A program made the position numbers and the translations under genes. Below are positions 29,940 to 36,759 of a stretch of DNA of 58,365 nt, piece by piece. This DNA is from an uncultured Pseudomonadales bacterium (GTDB taxonomy: Bacteria; Patescibacteriota; Microgenomatia; UBA1400; PJMF01): contig CAZIBP010000002.1 in assembly GCA_964537665.1 (NCBI GenBank), forward strand, positions 1 to 58,365, in the 5' to 3' direction. Below the pieces are notes generated by a model. That model was not told the origin of the DNA. It was given only the letters and a program-made list of their open reading frames with translations, and did not search any database. Positions within the stretch are counted from its first letter, which is position 1. Every line of letters starts with the position of its first letter.

Positions 29940-30857
29940 TTACTTTTTTTTACTACCTGCAATATAAACCCCAAAAACTACAATGAGAAGTGAGAAAATT
30001 TGGATTGGTGTAACAGTCTCTTTTAGCAGAATATAGCCAAGTGGAATGTAAATTGCTGGTTGCAAATAAGTAAAAAGACTAGCTTCAGAGGCTTCAATTT
30101 CGTTTTGTCCTTGAATGTAAGCAGTAAGACCAATAATTGAACCAAAAATGGCGGCGAAAATAATCACTCCTAGGATAAGCGGCGAACTAAGTTCAAAAAT
30201 AATATTGCTAGCCAAGTTGGTGAAATTAAAATCTAGTTGTGCAAGAGACAAGAAACCAAAAGTAACGATTCCTACAAAAAAACTGATGCCACTGACAAAA
30301 AGCTTAGGTATTTTTCTGTAATATTTTTTGGCAAGAATAAAATAGATAGCAGTTAATATGTTATGTCCAATGACGAGTAAATTCCCGGTCATCGATCCAG
30401 AGAATTGATCATTGCCTGACCAAAGTGGTTCCAGAGAAATTAGGGTTGTTCCAACTAGAGCAAAGATCAGACCTAGCCATTCTCTCCGATCTTGGCGCTC
30501 TTTGAGGAAGATGATTCCGCCCAAAATAACGAAAAGTGGTAAGCTAGTGGCAATTAAATTAGTTTCAAGGGCACTGGTCATTTTTAGGCCAATATATAAG
30601 CAGCTTAAGGCTAGTGTGGTTTCAATAATTTCTAGAAGAATAATGGTGATAATTGTTTGCCATTTATGTTTAATCTTCTTTAAATAATGAAGAATAATGG
30701 GGATAGATAAAACTCCAGCCAAGAGGAAACGATAAAATAGATAACGAAAAGGGGTAATTTCAGAATCGTTAAATCCAAGTTTGACCACTGGTAAGAGAGC
30801 CCCCCAAGTAATAGTGGTTAAAATCAAAAAAAGATAAGCTTTGGCTCGTTTACTCAT
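29940..30857 (-). CDS. EamA/DMT-family transporter
   Basis: 10-TM organisation as two EamA-like halves. Start chosen at MSKRAKAYLF (ATG 30857). Confidence 0.8.
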   Translation of the reverse strand: MSKRAKAYLFLILTTITWGALLPVVKLGFNDSEITPFRYLFYRFLLAGVLSIPIILHYLKKIKHKWQTIITIILLEIIETTLALSCLYIGLKMTSALETNLIATSLPLFVILGGIIFLKERQDRREWLGLIFALVGTTLISLEPLWSGNDQFSGSMTGNLLVIGHNILTAIYFILAKKYYRKIPKLFVSGISFFVGIVTFGFLSLAQLDFNFTNLASNIIFELSSPLILGVIIFAAIFGSIIGLTAYIQGQNEIEASEASLFTYLQPAIYIPLGYILLKETVTPIQIFSLLIVVFGVYIAGSKKK

Positions 30858-30919
30858 TGAATGTAGATAATTAACGATAACTTTTATTTTGTTAGAAATC
30901 CAGTAGAATAGCTTCACTC

Positions 30920-31345
30920 ATGTCAAAAAAAGTGAATCAATATGTTAGTTTTATTTTGTTTCTAGCCATAATTGGAACTTGGCTCTATCGCCAGAAAAAT
31001 AATCAAGAGTTCTTGCGTACTGCTACCCCTAGTCCAATGGCCACAGCCAGTCCTACTGCTGTTCCAGCTGCTCAGCTCGAATTTGTAGTTGGGTCAGAAA
31101 ATTACAAATTTGTAGCGACTGTGTCTGGTCAAAATGCCTTAGATTTAGTGCAGAGTCAAGTCAAGCTGAATCTGAAAAAATATGACTTTGGATTAATGGT
31201 AGAGGGAGTGAATGATTTAATGGCAGATAACCAACATTATTGGGCTGTTTATCAAAACAATGATTATGCCAAGACTGGGCTGGCAGAGATTAAATTAGAG
31301 AAAGATGAAACAATCGAATTACGCTATGAAGAAATTAAATTATAA
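30920..31345 (+). CDS. DUF4430-domain secreted/anchored protein
   Basis: N-terminal TM/signal anchor. The C-terminal pattern GVNDLMADNQHYWAVYQNNDYAKTG...KDETIELRYE resembles DUF4430. Confidence 0.6.
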   Translation: MSKKVNQYVSFILFLAIIGTWLYRQKNNQEFLRTATPSPMATASPTAVPAAQLEFVVGSENYKFVATVSGQNALDLVQSQVKLNLKKYDFGLMVEGVNDLMADNQHYWAVYQNNDYAKTGLAEIKLEKDETIELRYEEIKL

Positions 31346-31817
31346 TTTTACCAATTTAGCTGTAGCCTTACCCACCTTTATTTCTAGGTTTAATCTTTTG
31401 CCGGCTAACATTTCTCCTCTAGGAGCATATGGTTTTTTGGGTGGGAATATTCTGCTTTATTTTGTCTCAATTTTGGCCTTTGATTTCTTCAAAGGTGGTT
31501 TTTATCAGGGTTTTTGGTGGACCTACACAGGTTTTCTTGCCTATCCATTTTTTGCTTTTTTCGCGAAGAAATCAGCGCGAAGGCAACTTTTTCTTTTGCC
31601 TGTAGCTTCTTTTACTTTTTTTATTTTATCTAATTTCGGAGTATTTCTAGCTTGGTATGATCATACTTGGCAAGGTTTGCTTGCTTGCTATACTTTGGCT
31701 TTACCTTTTTATACCAGGACTCTACTGGGGGATGTATTTTTTGTTTATGGTTTTCTTTTGCTTAAAAAAGCCATAAATCTTGCTTTTTCTCGTTTTCCAA
31801 GATATAATGTCCTATAA
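31326..31817 (+). CDS. DUF6580-like polytopic membrane protein
   Basis: The LPANISPLGAYGFLGG motif near the N-terminus and 5-6 TM helices. Start ambiguous (31305 or 31326). Confidence 0.5.
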   Translation: MKKLNYNFTNLAVALPTFISRFNLLPANISPLGAYGFLGGNILLYFVSILAFDFFKGGFYQGFWWTYTGFLAYPFFAFFAKKSARRQLFLLPVASFTFFILSNFGVFLAWYDHTWQGLLACYTLALPFYTRTLLGDVFFVYGFLLLKKAINLAFSRFPRYNVL

Positions 31818-31820
31818 TAT

Positions 31821-32645
31821 ATGCTATTGCAGCAAAAAAATAGGGTAAAGCTTTACAAAAAAGCCCCTAGTAGATTCTTATTGTATCAAGCTAAACGCCT
31901 GCAAAAATTGGCCTTTTTTTCTTTTGTCTTAAGTTTATTTTTTATTGTTTTAAGTAATCCTTTTGTGATTTATGAACAATTCAAGCAATTGCCCAAAACA
32001 AAAGAAGAATTAAAACAAATGGTTATGAGTATCCCCGAATTTATTAAGGTTTTTCCAAAAGAAGCAGAAAAAAGTAGTTTTGCCTTTTTTGATTGGACTA
32101 ATGATCAATTAAATAATTCTTGGCCAATTTTTGCCAAAGAAAATATTTTAGCTGACAAAGAGGCTGGTCAGAGTGCTGTTGCTGAAAATACTCAAGTCAA
32201 AAATTATGCCGAATTACCTTTTTTTATCGAAATTCCTAGTCTCAACCTTTATGAAAAAGTGCAGGCCAATGTGAATCCTAACGATGCTCAAGCCTATCAA
32301 TTGGCTCTAAAAAATGGAGTAGCTCATGCGCTTGGTTCTGCTTTTCCCGGTCAGGAAAAATTAATTTATATTTTTGGTCATTCAACTGATGGGGTTTGGA
32401 ATGTTAAGGCTTTTAATGCGGTTTTTTATCAGATCAAAGAGTTGAAAATTGGGGATCGCATTATTTTACATTTAGGTGATGAGCAATTTGTTTATGAGGT
32501 CAGTGGGCAGGATGTGGTCAAAAGTAGTGAGGTTGATTTCGTCAATAATCTCAAAAACCAAAATTTATTACTTTTACAAACTTGTTGGCCACCTGGCACT
32601 TCTTGGCAAAGGCTATTTATCAGTGCGGTGCCAGCCAGCTCTTAA
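31821..32645 (+). CDS. Sortase-family transpeptidase
   Basis: N-terminal TM anchor, catalytic His context IFGHST, Cys context LLLLQTCWP, and a downstream Arg. Confidence 0.8.
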   Translation: MLLQQKNRVKLYKKAPSRFLLYQAKRLQKLAFFSFVLSLFFIVLSNPFVIYEQFKQLPKTKEELKQMVMSIPEFIKVFPKEAEKSSFAFFDWTNDQLNNSWPIFAKENILADKEAGQSAVAENTQVKNYAELPFFIEIPSLNLYEKVQANVNPNDAQAYQLALKNGVAHALGSAFPGQEKLIYIFGHSTDGVWNVKAFNAVFYQIKELKIGDRIILHLGDEQFVYEVSGQDVVKSSEVDFVNNLKNQNLLLLQTCWPPGTSWQRLFISAVPASS

Positions 32646-32666
32646 CCTTCTAATAATCCTATAATA

Positions 32667-32695
32667 TTGACAATTTGCAATTATAAATATATAAT
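32667..32695 (+). promoter_or_regulatory. Sigma70-type promoter TTGACA-N17-TATAAT; the start codon lies 8 nt after the -10 (near-leaderless)
   Basis: TTGACA at 32667-32672 and TATAAT at 32690-32695, with the ATG at 32704. It is preceded by a further ATCCTATAAT element at 32656-32665. Confidence 0.6.
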
Positions 32696-32703
32696 AGCCA
32701 ATC

Positions 32704-33396
32704 ATGAAAACTAATATGAAGAAAATCGTTTCTTATTTATTGATTTTAACTGGTTTCTTTTTGTTTTTTGCCAACGTGGCCAACGCTAAAGAATGTCAAA
32801 CCGTTTATGGTGGTGGTGAAGTCTGCGAAACTGGAGAACTCAGTTTAGACAAAAAAGTTTTTAACCCCAAAACCAATGAGTATTGGGATAATATTGACAG
32901 CAAGGACTACACTTTTGCTCCTAATGAAGAAGTGAAATTTAGTCTGCGTATCAAAAACATTTCCAATATCAAAGTTGATAGTGCTCGCATTAATGATGAC
33001 TTCGATCGCCTCGATGACTACATGGTTTTTGTCAGTAGTGATAAGGGTGACTATCGTGCTGAAGTAACAGATCACAAAGTTAAATTTGAATTTGGTGGAC
33101 TTGAGCCAGGTGCTGAGGCCACTGTTTATTTTGTTGCTCGTTTTAAACTCGAGGATAAATTGCCAGTTGGTACCACTTGTCTTACTAATGCCGCTCACGC
33201 TTATTCTCATGTTGACGCTGTAAGTGATAGTGATTACGCCACTTTTTGTGTCAAAACTGACAATGGTAAAATTGTGACCAAAAGCACTCCAGCTACTGGG
33301 CTTAATCTTGGCACAATCTTGGGTTTAGAAGCCTTAGCTTTTGCTGGACTTGGTTCTATAGCTTGGAGAAAAGCTAAGTTAATTATTAAAAAATAA
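32704..33396 (+). CDS. Cell-surface protein with signal peptide and C-terminal sortase-type sorting signal (PATG variant)
   Basis: Signal peptide (...FFANVANA|KE). C-terminus KSTPATG followed by a hydrophobic stretch and a WRKAKLIIKK tail. Confidence 0.75.
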   Translation: MKTNMKKIVSYLLILTGFFLFFANVANAKECQTVYGGGEVCETGELSLDKKVFNPKTNEYWDNIDSKDYTFAPNEEVKFSLRIKNISNIKVDSARINDDFDRLDDYMVFVSSDKGDYRAEVTDHKVKFEFGGLEPGAEATVYFVARFKLEDKLPVGTTCLTNAAHAYSHVDAVSDSDYATFCVKTDNGKIVTKSTPATGLNLGTILGLEALAFAGLGSIAWRKAKLIIKK

Positions 33397-33424
33397 TTCT
33401 TTTTTTGATTGAATTGAAATTGTA

Positions 33425-33450
33425 AACCCCGCCAAAAAGGCGGGGTTTTT
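33425..33450 (+). terminator. Intrinsic terminator
   Basis: AACCCCGCC-aaaaa-GGCGGGGTT followed by a T run. Confidence 0.8.
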
Positions 33451-33470
33451 GAATAGAATGTTGAGGCTTA

Positions 33471-33498
33471 TTGACTTTTTACAAAATTATCCTATAAT
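33471..33498 (+). promoter_or_regulatory. Sigma70-type promoter TTGACT-N16-TATAAT (second copy of the ATCCTATAAT module)
   Basis: TTGACT at 33471-33476 and TATAAT at 33493-33498. There is no ORF for ~200 nt downstream. Confidence 0.6.
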
Positions 33499-33706
33499 AT
33501 TTGTCATTGTTCCTAATCCAGATAAGAACAAAATTTAATTACTTGACTTTGCGTCTAGAAAATTGAATTTAGATCTGGCCGTACTTTAAAAAACTTGTCA
33601 AAATTGGAGCAACATTAAGGACACCTTTAATTTTTAGAGGTGTTTTTCATGTTGTTCCAATGCGCACGCGAGCAATCGCGTGTAGCCCACAAAAAAGAGG
33701 TTTGAA

Positions 33707-34177
33707 ATGAGTAACTTTTTACTCTCTGTTTGGTTTGTTTTGTCCATGTGGTTTGGCAGTCCCGCCCCAGCCACAGTCGCATTGTTGCCGGATAACGGCG
33801 ACGAGGCGATGAATATCCACACCAACGTTCGAATTTGGTCGCTGAGCGATCATGAAGTGGAAGTTGGCGCCTCTATCGGCATCCTGGAGCTTGTATGCTC
33901 TCAGAATGGTGAATCACCTGTTGATGGTTACACGCTTACCACTTCAGGTGGACAATCGGTAATTTATGTTTCCGATTGCGCTGATCTGATTTCAAGTGGC
34001 GGAGCCACTTATCAGGTCATCGAGACAGCCTTCCCGATGCTCGTTACTTGCAATGCTGACTGCGAGGTTTACACCTTGCACAAAACATTCGAAAGTGACG
34101 GGCTGACCCAGCAAGTGGGGAAAATCTGGGTCCGAGTCATTGGTCCAGATCCACAACTCATTGTGACTGGCAAGTAA
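33707..34177 (+). CDS. Hypothetical secreted protein, G+C-rich foreign-looking gene (ORF A)
   Basis: SD aagagg sits 8 nt upstream. N-terminal hydrophobic signal-like segment. About half G+C in the lines I counted. Terminator immediately downstream. Confidence 0.65.
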   Translation: MSNFLLSVWFVLSMWFGSPAPATVALLPDNGDEAMNIHTNVRIWSLSDHEVEVGASIGILELVCSQNGESPVDGYTLTTSGGQSVIYVSDCADLISSGGATYQVIETAFPMLVTCNADCEVYTLHKTFESDGLTQQVGKIWVRVIGPDPQLIVTGK

Positions 34178-34183
34178 GTATGG

Positions 34184-34212
34184 AAAGCGCGCCTCAAAAG
34201 GGCGCGCTTTTC
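34184..34212 (+). terminator. Intrinsic terminator
   Basis: AAAGCGCGCC-tcaaaag-GGCGCGCTTT followed by T. Confidence 0.75.
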
Positions 34213-34258
34213 TGTAGTCAAAACTACTTAGTTTCAAATTCTTATATATCCTATAATC

Positions 34259-34287
34259 TTGACAAAAGTGACTTATAGTGATATACT
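34259..34287 (+). promoter_or_regulatory. Sigma70-type promoter TTGACA-N17-TATACT (third copy of the ATCCTATAAT-TTGACA module)
   Basis: ATCCTATAAT at 34248-34257, TTGACA at 34259-34264 and TATACT at 34282-34287. Confidence 0.55.
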
Positions 34288-34293
34288 TTGTTC

Positions 34294-34689
34294 TAGTTAG
34301 GTAGGGAATGGCTTAACTAACAATAAATATTTCCCCTACTTGATCGACAGTTTCAACTGTCTTAACAACATAGTGTTTTTTGGCAGAGAAAAGGTTTCTG
34401 ACCGCTTGCTTCATTTCACCATTCCGAAATAAGCGATAAGTTGCCAGAGGCCTCCTCTCTGCTCGAGAGAGCAGAATGGTATCTCTAATGAGATATTGTC
34501 TCTAGGCGATAGCCGCTTAGCAGATGGTAATAAATCTCAATTAGAGACGCACTTTAACATTTGAAGAAGGATGCCTTTGGTATTTTGCCCAGCTTTTTTG
34601 CCCATCATTTTTTGGTGATCAGAAAAGCTGGGCTTTGATGCCGCAAGGCAAAGGAGTCGAACAAATTCACGCGCAAAGGAGATAAAATC
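34294..34689 (+). ncRNA. Candidate long structured 5' leader or ncRNA upstream of the lipoprotein ORF
   Basis: About 400 nt with no ORF of 60 aa or more in any frame between 34238 and 34604. At least seven hairpins, including a 7-bp stem with a GAGA loop (34458-34475), an 11-bp perfect stem (34587-34597 with 34623-34633) and a GCAA-capped stem (34639-34650). Confidence 0.35.
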
Positions 34690-35283
34690 ATGCGCAAAAT
34701 TACGTTCGTTATGTTCTTGGTCGTGGTGGTGAGCTTCGTGCTCGTCGCTTGCGGTTCTGCCGCACCGACCAACCTCAGCGCCGAGGATTTGGTGGCAACG
34801 CTCACCGCGATGCCCACCAACACCCTCTCGCCGACTTCCACCTCCGTGCCGACCAGCACTCCACTTCCTCCCACCAACACCCCGTTGCCTTCACCCACGT
34901 CTGTGCGCGATACCGGCATGCAGCTTAATACTGCCGCCGATATCCGCGTGCTCTTCGTGAAAGTGAATGGCTGGGTGAGCGGCGGCGAGGGTCAGTGGGT
35001 CGCTGGAGCCCAGGGCGCGCTTCGCAATGATCTTATCTTGAAGGACTTGCCCGAAGGGGCAACCTTTGAGTTTGAGTGTGTGCAATATCACACTCTTGGT
35101 GGCTCCATTGTCATCAAAAAGGTTTGCCCGAACGCGACCATCAGCTACAGCGAGGTCATCCCCGCTGGTAGTGTCGGCACGATGTGGTTGGATTGGGCGG
35201 TCATGCGCAATGGTGACAGGCTTGACGAGGATTTCCTCAACGAGCCTTGCGCTTGCCCTTCGGGCGATTGCCGCAAACCGTAA
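34690..35283 (+). CDS. Hypothetical lipoprotein with Pro/Thr-rich linker, G+C-rich foreign-looking gene (ORF B)
   Basis: SD aaggaga lies 7 nt upstream. Lipobox LVAC|GS, PT/S-rich linker and G/C-ending codons. Confidence 0.7.
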   Translation: MRKITFVMFLVVVVSFVLVACGSAAPTNLSAEDLVATLTAMPTNTLSPTSTSVPTSTPLPPTNTPLPSPTSVRDTGMQLNTAADIRVLFVKVNGWVSGGEGQWVAGAQGALRNDLILKDLPEGATFEFECVQYHTLGGSIVIKKVCPNATISYSEVIPAGSVGTMWLDWAVMRNGDRLDEDFLNEPCACPSGDCRKP

Positions 35284-35303
35284 CCTCTCCTTCCTCAAAT
35301 TGT

Positions 35304-35327
35304 CCGGCCTGGTTCAAACCAGGCCGG
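35304..35327 (+). terminator. Stable GC hairpin after ORF B (no U tract)
   Basis: CCGGCCTGG-ttcaaa-CCAGGCCGG, a 9-bp stem. The lack of a T run makes terminator function uncertain. Confidence 0.45.
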
Positions 35328-35397
35328 CAACCCAAAGATTTTGATTTAATTGATCTTCGAAATTTTTGAGTTGCGCCACACGTTTCAAATTTAAAAT

Positions 35398-36759
35398 ATG
35401 CAAAAAAAATCCCTTAAAACTTTGTTAAAAAGTTTTAATAAGGCTAATACTATTTTAGTTATTTCCAAATACCCTTATCAGAATATTGGGGAGTCTTTTC
35501 ATGGAGTAGCGGTTTACACCAGAGATACTTTGGAAACGATTGCTAAAAAAACTAAGCAAAAATTTGTAGTTTTAGTAGAGGCAAAATATGGTCGTGAAAT
35601 GGAGCTTAGAGCTAATGGTTCAGTTTTAATTTTGCCAGTTTTTGATAATCATCAAGTTTTAGTTTTCAAGCAATTATTGACTACTTTGAAAAATTTTAAT
35701 CAGGTTAAAAATATCCAATTGCATTCTGAATTCTACAATTCAGGTGACTTATTGCAAATGTCTTTGCTTTTGCCTTTTTTGTATTTGCTACGTTTGCAGG
35801 GCAAAATTGTTAGTTTTGTGGCCCACAACGTGGTTCATGATTTTGCTTTTTTGACCAATCATTTTGGCAAAGAAGCAACTGATTGGCGCTTTAATTTACT
35901 TTCTAAAGTTATTCCTTGGTATTATCGCTTCTTATCTTTGGGTGTAGAACAATTCATCACCTTAGATGAGAGCATCAGTGAGCGTTTGAGTTCTTATTTG
36001 TGGCAGAAAAATAAAGTTAAAAATACTGTAATTTGGCTAAAAAATAAAAAAATTACCCACAAAGAGAGAGTGATTGCTCGTCGCAAGCTTGCTTTAAATA
36101 GAGACGATCTTGTTTTGTCCGTTTTTGGTTTTATGAGTCGTTATAAGGGCGTGGATGTAGTTCTGCGTCATTTTTTACGTTTTAAAAAAGAATTTCCAAA
36201 TAGTAAATTTAAACTTTTATTAGCTGGTGGTATGGCTCCTTCACAAAAAAATCATGCTCATTATCAAAATTTTTATAAGGGTTTAGAAAACCTAGCAGCT
36301 AAGCATCAAGATATTACTTTAACTGGTTTTATTCCTTCAAATGAAGTTAAATCCTATATGGCTTTGACTGATGTGGTTTTATTGCCTTATCGCGGTATTT
36401 TGGGGGCTTCGGCTTCTTGGTCAACTGTTCTTAGTTATGGCAAAGCTTGTTTTTTTTCTAAAGCTCTTGAACCATATTTTATGGCAAGAGATGTAAAAAT
36501 TGCTTTGCTTAAATCTAGAATTAGCAAAGAAGAATTGATTTTTGGCAATAATTATCAGTCCTTTAGAAACTTACTTTTAAATTTGGAAGTTAACAATAAG
36601 TTATTAAATAAGTCTCTGATTTTTTCCAAGATTCTACGTTTTTCTAGAGACGAACGGGCTCGTGTCTTTCGTGATTTTCCACCTTTGTACTTTCCACGTT
36701 CTGCTGCTAAGACGGCTCAATCTTGCTATAATTTGAGTAATGAAGAAATTGCTGTCTAG
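35398..36759 (+). CDS. Glycosyltransferase, GT-B fold (GT1/GT4-like)
   Basis: The C-terminal half resembles the Glycos_transf_1 pattern (LSVFGFMSRYKG..., LLLAGG..., GFIPSNEVKSYMALTDVVLLPY). Confidence 0.7.
   Translation: MQKKSLKTLLKSFNKANTILVISKYPYQNIGESFHGVAVYTRDTLETIAKKTKQKFVVLVEAKYGREMELRANGSVLILPVFDNHQVLVFKQLLTTLKNFNQVKNIQLHSEFYNSGDLLQMSLLLPFLYLLRLQGKIVSFVAHNVVHDFAFLTNHFGKEATDWRFNLLSKVIPWYYRFLSLGVEQFITLDESISERLSSYLWQKNKVKNTVIWLKNKKITHKERVIARRKLALNRDDLVLSVFGFMSRYKGVDVVLRHFLRFKKEFPNSKFKLLLAGGMAPSQKNHAHYQNFYKGLENLAAKHQDITLTGFIPSNEVKSYMALTDVVLLPYRGILGASASWSTVLSYGKACFFSKALEPYFMARDVKIALLKSRISKEELIFGNNYQSFRNLLLNLEVNNKLLNKSLIFSKILRFSRDERARVFRDFPPLYFPRSAAKTAQSCYNLSNEEIAV

Noticed and set aside
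34313-34414. 33-codon minus-strand ORF (MKQAVRNLFSAKKHYVVKTVETVDQVGEIFIVS) inside the structured leader
   Set aside because: It has no convincing SD or promoter and lies antisense to a region with a good plus-strand promoter. It may be a gene remnant. There is not enough evidence to call it.
34891-35298. 135-aa minus-strand ORF, together with 34605-34919 (minus) and 35066-35344 (plus), inside the G+C-rich island
   Set aside because: Long shadow ORFs are expected in G+C-rich DNA. The plus-strand frame 34690-35283 has an SD, a lipobox signal peptide and G/C-ending codons. The alternatives are Arg/Ala-rich shadows without start signals.
33650-35335. Integron-type gene cassettes (attC sites) as the explanation for the G+C-rich ORFs
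   Set aside because: The post-ORF hairpins are simple perfect stems that behave like terminators. They lack the R''/L''-L'/R' (GTTRRRY) organisation of attC, and no intI gene is present.
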